From Solirubrobacterales bacterium (lineage in GTDB: Bacteria; Actinomycetota; Thermoleophilia; Solirubrobacterales; 70-9), in the NCBI GenBank assembly GCA_038207745.1, contig JBBQZL010000001.1, forward strand, positions 1-54,519: DNA of 54,519 nucleotides. Reading direction: 5' to 3'. Both the position numbers and the translations under genes were made by a program. The notes beneath the pieces were generated by a model that had not been told where the DNA came from, made no database searches, and was given only the letters and a program-made list of their open reading frames with translations. This document shows, in pieces, positions 27,065 through 36,955 of the stretch; positions within the stretch are counted from its first letter, which is position 1, and every line of letters begins with the position of its first letter.

Positions 27065-28639
27065 CTAGTTCACCGAGTCCTCGTCGCGGGACTCTGCCTC
27101 GTAGAACTCGGGGATGCCGCGCCCATCCCCTGGACGCTCCCCCTCCTCTCCCGTGGGCACCGCAAACGAGGCGGATGCCATCGTCCCGGCCCGCGAGACG
27201 AACTCCCTTGGGTGTCCGAGAATCGAGAGCCCCTTCAGCTCGGTTTCGGTGAAGAAGCCCGTGACGAGGAGCAGCAGCGGATAGGCCGCGAGCAGCACCA
27301 GCCGCCCTGCGAAACCCGCGATCCCCTCCCCGGGCAGCAGCGCCTCGCCGAGGCCGACCACCAGCGCCGAGAAGCCGACGATCCTGATCAGCCTTCCCCA
27401 CTCGTATGGGACCGGGAAGAGCCGCTGGGTGAAGAAGTACATGAGGATCAAGACCACGACGTAGGAGATGACCAGCGCGAGTCCGGCGCCGACGATTCCC
27501 ATCGAGGGGACCAGGATGATGTTGAGGACGATGTTGACCACCGTTGCCGCGATCGTCGCCGGGAAGTTGAACTCGGTGCGGCCGGTGCGGCCGAGGATCA
27601 CGACCAGGACCATGTAGAGCGCGTAGAGCGTCACGCCGGTCGAGAGCAGTCCGATCGCCTCGTAGGAGTCGAAGAACTGTGGCGCGGCGAAGATCCTCAC
27701 GATCCAGCGCGAAAACAGCCACATCCCGGTTACCACGAGGGTGCAGATGCCGAGAAACCATGTGACCACGAGCGCGTATGTATTCCTTGCCTCGTCGTCG
27801 TCCCTGATCGAGTAGGCGAGCGGCGGCCAGGCGAGCTGGAAACCACGGACCAGGACGTTGACCCCCTGCGAGAACTTGACCGCCAGCGAGTAGAGACCCG
27901 CCTCGGCGAGGCCGATGTAGCGGACGATGATGATCCGGTCGATGAAGTTGAGCGAGTAGAGGGTCAGCTCCGCGGGCATGGTCGGAAAGCCGAAGCGCAT
28001 CAGGCGTCGAAGCAGCCCCCACTCTGGCCATAGCGAGAGCCGCCGCCAGTTGGCGATGACCAGCCCGGCCACGAAGAGCGCGCCCGACGCGTAGCTGCCG
28101 AGTAGGAGCCCGCGCGCGCCCTCGTCCATGAAGACAACCAGGACGATGGTCAGCGGGATCGTCAGGGCGACGTTTGCGATCGTGACGATGAAGTAGGGCC
28201 TCGCCCGCTCGTCGAGCCGGTAGAGGGTGAGCAGGTACTCGAACAGGGTCAGGACCCAGAGGCCTCCGATCGCGATCCTGACCAGACCGGGAGCCGACTG
28301 GTCGAGGAGCGCGTTCGAGATCGGCTCCGCAAATGGCAGCAACGCCGATGCCGTCAGCGTTGCTCCCCAGAACAAGGTCGCAAAGGAGGTGGAGACGACC
28401 TTCTTCGGATCCTCTCCGCCCGTGTAGTAGAAGCGCAGCAGCGCCTCGATCATCCCGAGTCGCACGACAATGGAGGCCGCGACCACTGCAGCGAAGAGAA
28501 CCTCGGCTGCGCCGTAGTCAGCGGGGCTGAGGTGGCGCGTGTAGAGAGGCAGCAGCGCAACCGCGATCAACTTGGAGAGGATGCTGGCCGCCGTGTAGGC
28601 GGCTCCGGTTGTCGCCAGGCGGCGCAGGGATCCCGACAC
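27065..28639 (-). CDS. Wzx-like oligosaccharide/polysaccharide flippase (MOP superfamily)
   Basis: About 12-14 TM helices. The N-terminus AYTAASILSKLIAVALLPLYTRHLSPADYG is typical of the family. Confidence 0.75.
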   Translation of the reverse strand: MSGSLRRLATTGAAYTAASILSKLIAVALLPLYTRHLSPADYGAAEVLFAAVVAASIVVRLGMIEALLRFYYTGGEDPKKVVSTSFATLFWGATLTASALLPFAEPISNALLDQSAPGLVRIAIGGLWVLTLFEYLLTLYRLDERARPYFIVTIANVALTIPLTIVLVVFMDEGARGLLLGSYASGALFVAGLVIANWRRLSLWPEWGLLRRLMRFGFPTMPAELTLYSLNFIDRIIIVRYIGLAEAGLYSLAVKFSQGVNVLVRGFQLAWPPLAYSIRDDDEARNTYALVVTWFLGICTLVVTGMWLFSRWIVRIFAAPQFFDSYEAIGLLSTGVTLYALYMVLVVILGRTGRTEFNFPATIAATVVNIVLNIILVPSMGIVGAGLALVISYVVVLILMYFFTQRLFPVPYEWGRLIRIVGFSALVVGLGEALLPGEGIAGFAGRLVLLAAYPLLLLVTGFFTETELKGLSILGHPREFVSRAGTMASASFAVPTGEEGERPGDGRGIPEFYEAESRDEDSVN

Positions 28640-28653
28640 GCTTGTCCCCGAGC

Positions 28654-30138
28654 CTAACCCTCGCGGGCGGGGAGAGCGGGCAGGGAGCAGGCGAGCGCGA
28701 GCAGGATCCAGGTCACCGGGTCTTCAAAGAAGTTGGCGTAACCGAGCGTGTGGACGAGCATGGTGACAAAGAGCGCGAGGACGCAGGCGCGCGCAACCAC
28801 GAATGTGTTGTCGCGGCTTTCCGGTCCGCCGCCCCCGATCCCCGGCATCACGCCGCGCATTCCCCGGCACATCACGACCAGGGCCGTGATGATCAGGGCG
28901 AGATAGACGAGCAGACCGATCAGCCCCTGCTCGGCAGCAACCGTGACCGGCTCGGTGTGCGACTCGGAAACCGGTGCCCTGCCGTTCTTCGCAACGTCCT
29001 TGAGGTAGGCGATCGCAAACGAACCGGAGCCATAACCTTGCAACGGCCGATTGCCGAATAGCTGACCCCCTCCCTCGACCAGATTGGTCCGGCCGCTGGA
29101 TCCGGTCGAGTCGAAGAGACCGACGCTGAAGGCCGCGACCACCGCGACCAGGGTGCCGGCGCCACAGATCGCTGCGGTCCAGCGGATGCTCCAGCGCATC
29201 GCTGCGAGTACGGCAAGGCCAACCAGCAGGGCGGCGAAGCTCGAGAGTGAGTAGGTCGTGACCAGGCCGAGCCAGAGGATTGCCGTGATCACGGTCAACG
29301 CGGCGGCGACCTTGCGATCCCGTGCCCACAGCAGCACCCCGACGACGCCGATCAACACATACGAGAGGTAGCGGCCGTAGATGTTCGGGTCCCAGAACAG
29401 GGAGTTGACGCGGAAGTAGATGTGGAATTGATTGGCCTCGATCACCTCCGGATTCCAGATCAGGTGCCTGGTCGCCAGCTCGCCGAAGCCGAAAAGGGCG
29501 AAGACCACTGCCTCGACCACGAAGACGCCGAAGAACAGCGTCAGCAAGCGGCGGTCCCACTCGCACTCGCGAAGAAGGACGAACATGATCGTGAACGGGA
29601 CCAGGAAGAAGCAGAGGTCCTGAAGCGCCCTCGAGAGATCATCCGAATAGAGGCCCTGGAGCGCGTAGAGACCGACGAATGCAACCAGCAGCCGCGGCAG
29701 CCAGGCTGACCAGCGGGTCTGTAGACGCGGCCGGGATGGATCCGTGCGAAGCACCGTGACCACGACGCCCGCGACGATCACGACATAGAGGGGAAGCAGG
29801 AGATTCGCCTGATCGCCTCCGGACTCGAGCGGAACCCGGAGCGGCAGCGCCGCGGCGATCCCCAGGGGAAGGGCAAGCGGATACCGCCGGATCAGCGCAA
29901 CAAGACTTGCAACGATGAGCGCGCCCAGCGCCAGGCCGACGGCGATCCTTGCGGGGCTGTCCCGGAGATCCGCCACGCGAGGCGTGTCCCACTGATCCCC
30001 GAAGACCAGGACCGGCAGCAGGACAAGTGCCAGCAGCATCGCGGCCGATCGTTCTCTCGAGGGGGGCAGAAGGATCGCCGCGCACGCGGCACCGGCAACC
30101 AGGACCGTGCCGAGGCCCGAGAGCAGCGATGTGATCAC
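28654..30138 (-). CDS. O-antigen ligase/polymerase (Wzy_C) family membrane protein
   Basis: Polytopic, with a periplasmic loop region (NSLFWDPNIYGRYL). Sits in a polysaccharide locus. Confidence 0.65.
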   Translation of the reverse strand: MITSLLSGLGTVLVAGAACAAILLPPSRERSAAMLLALVLLPVLVFGDQWDTPRVADLRDSPARIAVGLALGALIVASLVALIRRYPLALPLGIAAALPLRVPLESGGDQANLLLPLYVVIVAGVVVTVLRTDPSRPRLQTRWSAWLPRLLVAFVGLYALQGLYSDDLSRALQDLCFFLVPFTIMFVLLRECEWDRRLLTLFFGVFVVEAVVFALFGFGELATRHLIWNPEVIEANQFHIYFRVNSLFWDPNIYGRYLSYVLIGVVGVLLWARDRKVAAALTVITAILWLGLVTTYSLSSFAALLVGLAVLAAMRWSIRWTAAICGAGTLVAVVAAFSVGLFDSTGSSGRTNLVEGGGQLFGNRPLQGYGSGSFAIAYLKDVAKNGRAPVSESHTEPVTVAAEQGLIGLLVYLALIITALVVMCRGMRGVMPGIGGGGPESRDNTFVVARACVLALFVTMLVHTLGYANFFEDPVTWILLALACSLPALPAREG

Positions 30139-30614
30139 TGTGTCGCCGGCTTCTTGTCACAGTCGGGGCGCTTGTTCGGCTCAACATCGTGGAGGCGCAG
30201 AGGCGGCCCGGTGACGAGTGTCCGGTCCTGATCGATCAGGTGGACGCGAAGCCGGTACCTGCCGGCCGGCTGCATCTCGTCGTAGTTATTGCGACCGTCC
30301 CAATGGTAGTTGAAGAACTTGTAGCTGCGCAGAAACTTGTCCTTGGCGAGCGTCTTGACCAGGTCTCCTTCGGGGGTGACAATCTCGACATCGGCGCGGT
30401 CGTCCCGGGTGACCCGGAATGAGATCAGGCCGAAGTCTCTGCCGCAATCGTTGTTTGGGGTGAATACGCCGCTGATCTCGACCTTGTCGAGGACGAGGGG
30501 CTCGCGCTTCAATCGCTGGGCGATTGCAAACGAGGCGATTGTCGCGACCAGCAGCAGTACGAACACCGTTGGTGCAAGGAATCGAACCCGCGATCGCTCG
30601 TCTGGATCTTTCAC
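30135..30614 (-). CDS. membrane-anchored FlgD-Ig-like domain protein
   Basis: One TM, then ISFRVTRDDRADVEIVTPEGDLVKTL...YHWDGRNNYDEMQPAGRYRLRV. GTGA overlap with the Wzy-like start. Confidence 0.6.
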   Translation of the reverse strand: MKDPDERSRVRFLAPTVFVLLLVATIASFAIAQRLKREPLVLDKVEISGVFTPNNDCGRDFGLISFRVTRDDRADVEIVTPEGDLVKTLAKDKFLRSYKFFNYHWDGRNNYDEMQPAGRYRLRVHLIDQDRTLVTGPPLRLHDVEPNKRPDCDKKPATQ

Positions 30615-30664
30615 GGCGTTTGGATTATCCGCGCAAGACGAAGAACTCGCGGCTGTCCGAGTCC

Positions 30665-31441
30665 TCAGCCCGCCGGGAGGTTGCCGAAGTCCTGGCCCAG
30701 GATCACTGCCACCGGGGCGCCCTGGGACACTCCCGCCACCTCAGATGTCATCGGATCCACGCGGGTGATGCTGAGAGCATCGGCCAGAGAGGTGGCATCG
30801 GAGCGATTGCCCTGCGCGTACATGACGGCGCTCTCGATGTAGGTGGTGGTGGACGGTGCATTGGTGATCGGCTTGGGATGGAAGCCGTTCTCTTCAACCT
30901 TGTTGGCGAAGGTCGTCGCAAGGCCGGCTGTCGGTGTCGCATTGAGAACCGCGACCTGGGTCTGATCCCCGCTCGCCGCCCCGCCACCCTTGTTGCCGGC
31001 GTTCTTGCCGTTCTTGCCCTGGGCCTGCTTCGTGGACGTATCGCCGCCGCCCACGACCTTCGAGACTCCGTACCCGGCTGCGCCGAGAACCAGGACTCCG
31101 ACCACGATCGCCGCCACCAGGCGGGGCCAGCCGCCAGAGCGATCGAGGAGCGCGTCGAGCCGGCCCTCGCCCTCGCCTCCCTGCCTGCGACCGCGTCGCG
31201 ACTCGCGCTGCTCGGCAGCCTCGGCCTCGGCCCGTTGGACGCGCTCGATCTTTCGAAGCTCCTCGGCGCGACCGGCGGCAACAGCGGAGGTCGCCTCCTG
31301 CAGCTCGGCGTCGCGCTCGGGAGCGCGGCCTGCCCAGTCGCGGAGACGGCGGACATCGCGTGCCTGGATGAAATACAGCAGCCAGAGAACCGCAAGCCCG
31401 ATGAAGGCTGCAAGTCCGGCAACTGCTCCGATGTCCCTCAC
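30665..31441 (-). CDS. LytR_C domain protein with N-terminal TM and charged coiled region
   Basis: VAVLNATPTAGLATTFANKVEENGF...AVILGQDF. Confidence 0.65.
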   Translation of the reverse strand: MRDIGAVAGLAAFIGLAVLWLLYFIQARDVRRLRDWAGRAPERDAELQEATSAVAAGRAEELRKIERVQRAEAEAAEQRESRRGRRQGGEGEGRLDALLDRSGGWPRLVAAIVVGVLVLGAAGYGVSKVVGGGDTSTKQAQGKNGKNAGNKGGGAASGDQTQVAVLNATPTAGLATTFANKVEENGFHPKPITNAPSTTTYIESAVMYAQGNRSDATSLADALSITRVDPMTSEVAGVSQGAPVAVILGQDFGNLPAG

Positions 31442-31544
31442 TACGTCGGGAAGAATGTGATCACCTGGGATTGGAAATGGAAGAACCCTGTTCGCTGATC
31501 CAACCGGGGCATGTTAGAAGCAGGAGGCCCCAGGAGGGACTCTC

Positions 31545-33440
31545 CTACGTGTCTCTGTCCATGGTTGTGGCTCTGTCTGGAGACGGCGCGGTGATCATCC
31601 GGACGACGGTTTCACCCATGTCCGACTCGTCTCCGGTCAGGACAAGGTCCTCCAGGCGGCTGAGCAGCGCCTGGACGAAGTCGGGGTCCGGCGGACTCTC
31701 GGCGACGGCCCGGAGGATCCGCTTTGCCGCAGTCGGCTGGGCCTTCTCCCCAGTTCCAAACAGCTCCTCGTGGATCTTCTCGCCGGGCCGGATACCTGTG
31801 AACTCGATCGCGATGTCGACGTCGGGCTCATACCCGGCCAGCTTGATCATGTTGTTGGCCAGATCGACGATTTTGACCGGCTCGCCCATGTCGAGGACGA
31901 AGACCTCGCCTCTTCCGGTGCCGATGTCACCGGCGCGAATCACCAACTGGACCGCCTCCGGGATCGTCATGAAGTAGCGCGTCATCTCCGGATGGGTGAC
32001 CGTGATCGGCCCACCGCGCTCGATCTGGCTACGGAAGATCGGGACCACGCTTCCCGAGGAGGCCAGGACATTCCCAAAGCGGACGCTGACGAAGCGCGTG
32101 TGTGGATGGCGCTGGCCGGCCGCGTCGACGATCCACTCGGCCATCGCCTTCGAGGCGCCCATCACCGTCTGGGGGTTGACCGCCTTGTCGGTCGAGATCA
32201 GGACAAAGCGCTCGACATTCGATGCCGCTGCGGTCTCGGCCGTGATCTGGGTGCCGAGCGCGTTGTTGCGAATCGCCTCGAGCGGGTTGGCCTCCATCAG
32301 CGGCACGTGCTTGTAGGCCGCCGCATGGAAGACGACGCTCGGCTTGTATCGCTGCATCACCTCGAGCATCCTGGCCGGCTCCTTACAATCGGCAAGCACA
32401 GCCTCGGCCTTGGTGAAGTGCCGCACCTCGACCATCTCGCGGTCGATCTGAAAGAGGTTGTCCTCGGCTCGGTCGAGCATCACGAGGAGGCGGGGATCGA
32501 CCCGCGCGATCTGGCGGCAGAGCTCTGAGCCGATCGAGCCTCCGGCACCGGTGACCAGGACGACCCGATCCTCGAGATAGGCGCCGACGGTGTCGAGTTC
32601 GACCACGACCGGCTCTCTCCCGAGCACGTCCTCGACCTGAACATCGCGAAGCTGCTTGGTCAGCTGCACTCCACCGCGAAGGAGCTCGAAGACGGTCGGG
32701 AGGGTCCGGACCCTGATTGCGCGATCGCGGCAGGCCGCGACGACGTTGGCGCGCAGCACGCCCGGTGCAGAAGGGATCGCGATCACGACCTCGTCGGGCT
32801 CGGTCTCGTCGAGGATCGAGGCGATCTCATCGGTGGTGCCGAGAACCTTGAGGCCGGCGAGTCGCATACCCCGCTTGCCGGGGTTGTCGTCGAGGAATCC
32901 GATCGCGGTCTTGCCAAGGTTCGGATTGAGCTGCAGCTCGCGTACGACCATCTGGCCGCCGGAGCCCGCCCCCACCACGAGGACTTCGCTGCCCTTGGTG
33001 ATCCGCGTCCCCGCGGCCGGCCGCTCGAGGATCAGACGAGTCGCCAATCTGGCGCCCGCGATAAGCATCAGGGTGAGGATGAAGTCCGAGACCGCGACGC
33101 TGCGCGGCAGGCTGGCGCTGAAGGGCTGGATCACCGTGAAGGCGATGACCAGGATCGCGCTTGAAACCGCCGCGGCCCGGAAGATCGCCAGGAAGTCGCG
33201 CCCGGCCACATAACGCCACCACTTCTGGTAGATCCCGAACAGCGCGAAGATCGCGATCTTGCCGACGATCACAAACCCGATCGTCTGCGCCATCAGGGTC
33301 AGGTAGCGGTCGGGAATCCCACTCGGCTCATCGAGAAAGCGAAGCTGGAATGCAAGCCCAAAGGCAATTGCGACCAGCGCCGCATCGGCCAGCATATGCA
33401 GCCCTCTGATGCGGTAGACAGGGATATTCCGACGACGCAT
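31545..33440 (-). CDS. CapD/WbpM/PglF-like membrane nucleotide-sugar 4,6-dehydratase
   Basis: Four N-terminal TM helices and two Rossmann motifs (VLVVGAGSGGQ, VLVTGAGGSIGSELCRQI). Confidence 0.8.
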   Translation of the reverse strand: MRRRNIPVYRIRGLHMLADAALVAIAFGLAFQLRFLDEPSGIPDRYLTLMAQTIGFVIVGKIAIFALFGIYQKWWRYVAGRDFLAIFRAAAVSSAILVIAFTVIQPFSASLPRSVAVSDFILTLMLIAGARLATRLILERPAAGTRITKGSEVLVVGAGSGGQMVVRELQLNPNLGKTAIGFLDDNPGKRGMRLAGLKVLGTTDEIASILDETEPDEVVIAIPSAPGVLRANVVAACRDRAIRVRTLPTVFELLRGGVQLTKQLRDVQVEDVLGREPVVVELDTVGAYLEDRVVLVTGAGGSIGSELCRQIARVDPRLLVMLDRAEDNLFQIDREMVEVRHFTKAEAVLADCKEPARMLEVMQRYKPSVVFHAAAYKHVPLMEANPLEAIRNNALGTQITAETAAASNVERFVLISTDKAVNPQTVMGASKAMAEWIVDAAGQRHPHTRFVSVRFGNVLASSGSVVPIFRSQIERGGPITVTHPEMTRYFMTIPEAVQLVIRAGDIGTGRGEVFVLDMGEPVKIVDLANNMIKLAGYEPDVDIAIEFTGIRPGEKIHEELFGTGEKAQPTAAKRILRAVAESPPDPDFVQALLSRLEDLVLTGDESDMGETVVRMITAPSPDRATTMDRDT

Positions 33441-33720
33441 GGAAGTCGGCCTAGTTTAGAGCCTGACCGGCCAAAATTGGCAACCGTGCGCCCACCCGGA
33501 GGTGGGGAGGCAAGTCCCTTCCCACGATGGATTCGTCGCCCCGGCTCTGCTGGCGAGCCGCGTATCGGGGCAGCGTGAGGGTGATCGGCACCGCCATGTC
33601 TGGACATGGACTGAAGGTGAACTCAAGGCCGAATCCGTAGAATGACCCCTTCTCCGGCCCGGTCTGTCGCCCGTTTGGCGAACCGACCGTGGCGACTTCG
33701 CTGTATCTCAGAACTGGGAA

Positions 33721-34404
33721 ATGACAAACTTCGCGAGCATCACAGGCATCTTCTTGGATCCGATCGTCAATGCGGCGACGGACTTCATCGACGCGACCGG
33801 AGTGGTCGGGATCTTTGTCCTGATGACCCTGGAGTCTGCCTGCCTGCCCATACCCAGCGAGGCGATCATGCTCTTTGCCGGGTTCAGCGTCTCCAACGGC
33901 AGCCTTACCCTCTTCGGCGCAGTCACCGCGGGCGTGCTCGGCAACCTGGTCGGCTCCTGGATTGCCTACGCGGTCGGCTACTACGGGCGCCTGGAGCTGC
34001 TGGAGAAGAACCGATTCATCCACGTCCCCCACAAGTACGTAACCTGGGCGGACGACTGGTTCGAGCGATACGGAGCGGCGACTGTCTTCTTCACCCGGAT
34101 GATCCCGATCATCCGCACCTTCATCTCCCTCCCCGCCGGAATTGCCCGGATGCCCTTCTGGAAGTTCACCGCGTACACGTTTGCCGGCTGCGTTCCCTGG
34201 ATCCTGATGCTGACCCTGATCGGCAGGGAGGTCGGCAGCAACTGGACCGAGTGGCGCGACAAGCTCCATTACCTCGATTACGCGATCGTGCTGCTGATCA
34301 TCGTCGGTGTCGTCTACCTGCTGATCAAGCGCCGGCGTGGTGGCAATTCTGACGGCGACGGCGGCCTGACCGGGCCCAAGAACGTGATAGCCGGCGAAGT
34401 TTGA
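33721..34404 (+). CDS. DedA family membrane protein
   Basis: LESACLPIPSEAIMLFAGF and FFTRMIPIIRTFISLPAG, about 225 aa. Confidence 0.8.
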   Translation: MTNFASITGIFLDPIVNAATDFIDATGVVGIFVLMTLESACLPIPSEAIMLFAGFSVSNGSLTLFGAVTAGVLGNLVGSWIAYAVGYYGRLELLEKNRFIHVPHKYVTWADDWFERYGAATVFFTRMIPIIRTFISLPAGIARMPFWKFTAYTFAGCVPWILMLTLIGREVGSNWTEWRDKLHYLDYAIVLLIIVGVVYLLIKRRRGGNSDGDGGLTGPKNVIAGEV

Positions 34405-35288
34405 GCGAGTCCGCGGGCGAGCGGATTCCCGGCAGCCGTGCAGTCGCCCTGGGCTTGATCCAGGGACCGGCGGAGTTGCTCCCGGTCTCGAGCTCCGCCC
34501 ATATCGTCCTCGTTCCCTGGCTGGCAGGCTGGGATTGGGCCGACATCGACCCGGAGGTGCGGAAGAGCTTCGAGGTCGCGCTCCACGCAGGCGCCGCCGC
34601 GGCGCTGCTGATCGGCCAGCGCGAATTGATCGCTTCAGAGATGCGCGCCTTTGATCTGCGCCGCGCCGCCGTCCTCGGGCTCTCATTCCTCCCCGCGGCG
34701 GTCGTCGGGTACCTGTTTGAACGGCCGATAGAGCAACGATTGGGTGGGCCCCGTACAACTGCCTACGGATTGATCGCCGGTGCCTCGGCCATGCTGGTCG
34801 CGGATAGGAGTCCGCAGCTCCGTGGCCGCGGTGAGGCCCGCGCAGCCGACGGCCTCGCGCTCGGTATCGCCCAGGCCACCGCACTTGCTCCAGGGGTGTC
34901 TCGCAATGGTGCAACCCTGGCTGCCGCGAGGTGGCGGGGCTTCTCTCGCCAACAGGCCAACATCCTCTCGAGGACGGTCGCCCTGCCGATCATCGTCGGC
35001 GCCTCCCTGCTCAAAGGTGTGCGCCTGGCGCGTCGCGGCGTCCCGCCTGGTCTTCGGCGCTCGCTGGCAATCGGTGTCGGCGCATCCTTCCTCTCGACGC
35101 TCGCCTCCCAGCGCCTGATCAGGTTGGTCGAGCGCGATCGGGCACTTTGGCCGTACTCCGCATATCGAACCGCATTGGCCGCGATCGTTCTGGCCCGGCT
35201 ATCGCGTCGGAGGCGCTCCAGCCGCCCTGCCCCGGACGCGATGCCGTACCCGGATCCGTCCAGCGTGGTTGAATCGGTGACCAAGTGA
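34401..35288 (+). CDS. uppP: undecaprenyl-diphosphate phosphatase
   Basis: GPAELLPVSSSAH motif; polytopic. TTG 34401 overlaps the dedA stop (TTGA); the start is uncertain by a few codons. Confidence 0.8.
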   Translation: MSESAGERIPGSRAVALGLIQGPAELLPVSSSAHIVLVPWLAGWDWADIDPEVRKSFEVALHAGAAAALLIGQRELIASEMRAFDLRRAAVLGLSFLPAAVVGYLFERPIEQRLGGPRTTAYGLIAGASAMLVADRSPQLRGRGEARAADGLALGIAQATALAPGVSRNGATLAAARWRGFSRQQANILSRTVALPIIVGASLLKGVRLARRGVPPGLRRSLAIGVGASFLSTLASQRLIRLVERDRALWPYSAYRTALAAIVLARLSRRRRSSRPAPDAMPYPDPSSVVESVTK

Positions 35289-36301
35289 GCGCCGAAACCG
35301 ATTCCTACGCAGCAGCAGGGGTTGACCAGTCCGCCGCCGACTCGGCGGTTTCGGGGCTTGTCGCGGCCCTCGGCGCGATCAACCTCGGCCGCCCCTCGCG
35401 ACAGGTTGAGCTTCCGGGCCACTACGCGAGCATCATCAGGATCGGCGAAAACCTCGGGATCGCGCTCTCGACCGACGGGGTCGGGACAAAGCTGAAGATC
35501 GCCGAAGAGCTCGGCCGCCACGACACGATCGGAATCGATTGCGTGGCGATGAACGTCAACGATGTGATCTGCGTCGGCGCCGAGCCGCTCGCGATGCTCG
35601 ACTACATCGCGATCGAGAAGGCCGAGCCGGAACTTTGTGCCGCGATCGGGCGCGGACTCGCGGCAGGTGCCGAGCTGGCAGGGATCGAGATCCCCGGCGG
35701 TGAGCTCGCCCAGCTCGGGGACATGGTGCGCGGATATGACGTCGCCGGTGCCTGTTTCGGAACGATCGCCCTCGACGCGATTGTCGACGGCGCCACGGTG
35801 GAGCCGGGCGACCCCGTGATCGGGATCCCGTCATCGGGCCTGCATTCGAATGGCTACACGCTTGCAAGAAGCGCGGTCGAGGGCATCGACCTGGGAGACG
35901 TCCGGCTCGGTCGTCCACTCGGCGACATCCTGCTCGAGCCGACGGTGATCTACGTCAAGGCGATCGTCGAGCTGCTCAACTCGGATATCGAGGTCCGCGG
36001 CCTTGCCCACATCACCTCGGGTGGGCTCGGGAATCTGCTCAGGCTCAAGGCGCCGGCCGGCTACGAGATCACTTCGCCGCTTCCGGTGCTGCCGATCTTC
36101 GACCTGATCGCCGAACGCGCCTCGGTGCCGGAGGACGAGATGTACGAGATCTTCAACATGGGTTGCGGCTTCTGCTGCGTCGTCGCGCCCGGCACGGAGT
36201 CTGCGGCCATCGAGCTGCTCGCCAGCCACCATCCAGGTGCCGCGGTGATCGGGACGGCCACCGACCGGGCCGGCGAGATCGAAAGAGCTTCAGGCGGCTG
36301 A
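35285..36301 (+). CDS. purM: phosphoribosylformylglycinamidine cyclo-ligase (AIR synthase)
   Basis: Collinear with PurM throughout: STDGVGTKLKIA, HDTIGIDCVAMNVNDV, SSGLHSNGYTL, AHITSGG. GTGA overlap with the uppP stop. Confidence 0.8.
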   Translation: MSAETDSYAAAGVDQSAADSAVSGLVAALGAINLGRPSRQVELPGHYASIIRIGENLGIALSTDGVGTKLKIAEELGRHDTIGIDCVAMNVNDVICVGAEPLAMLDYIAIEKAEPELCAAIGRGLAAGAELAGIEIPGGELAQLGDMVRGYDVAGACFGTIALDAIVDGATVEPGDPVIGIPSSGLHSNGYTLARSAVEGIDLGDVRLGRPLGDILLEPTVIYVKAIVELLNSDIEVRGLAHITSGGLGNLLRLKAPAGYEITSPLPVLPIFDLIAERASVPEDEMYEIFNMGCGFCCVVAPGTESAAIELLASHHPGAAVIGTATDRAGEIERASGG

Positions 36302-36316
36302 GGAGAGGCGGAGCCG

Positions 36317-36955
36317 ATGCAGGTCGTAATCCCGATCTTTGATGGAATCACCGCGCTCGACGCCGTCGGCCCCTATGAGATCCTCTGCAGGGTGCCGGAT
36401 TGGCAGGTCTCATTTGTCGCCTCCGAGGCCGGCGAGAAGCGAACCGACACCGGCAGGCTCGGCCTGATTGCAGACCGCAGCCTCGCCGACACCTCCGAAG
36501 CCGACATCCTCGTCGTGCCGGGCGGGCCCGGCAACCGGCTGCTGCTCGATGACGAGCCGACTCTCGGGTGGATCCGCCAGATTGACGCCACGACGACCTG
36601 GACGACCTCGGTCTGCACCGGCTCGCTGATGCTCGGCGCCGCGGGACTTCTGAGGGGCAGGCGTGCAACGACCCACTGGCTGAGCCTCGAACTGCTCCGG
36701 GAGTACGGTGCCGAGCCGACGGGGCAGCGCGTAGTCGAGGACGGCAAGATGATTACGGCAGCGGGAGTCTCGGCGGGACTCGACATGGCGCTCCACCTCG
36801 TTGGGGTCGAAGCCGGTGAATCGATTGCGCAATCGATTCAGCTCGGGATCGAGTACGACCCCCAGCCTCGCTTTGATGCCGGCTCGCCCGAGAAGGCGCC
36901 GCCCGAGATCGTCGAGGCGTTCAGGGCCCGGCGGTCTCCCAAACAGTCCCGGTGA
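36317..36955 (+). CDS. DJ-1/PfpI family protein
   Basis: ILVVPGG and the nucleophile-elbow Cys in TSVCTGSLMLGAAGLL. Confidence 0.8.
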   Translation: MQVVIPIFDGITALDAVGPYEILCRVPDWQVSFVASEAGEKRTDTGRLGLIADRSLADTSEADILVVPGGPGNRLLLDDEPTLGWIRQIDATTTWTTSVCTGSLMLGAAGLLRGRRATTHWLSLELLREYGAEPTGQRVVEDGKMITAAGVSAGLDMALHLVGVEAGESIAQSIQLGIEYDPQPRFDAGSPEKAPPEIVEAFRARRSPKQSR

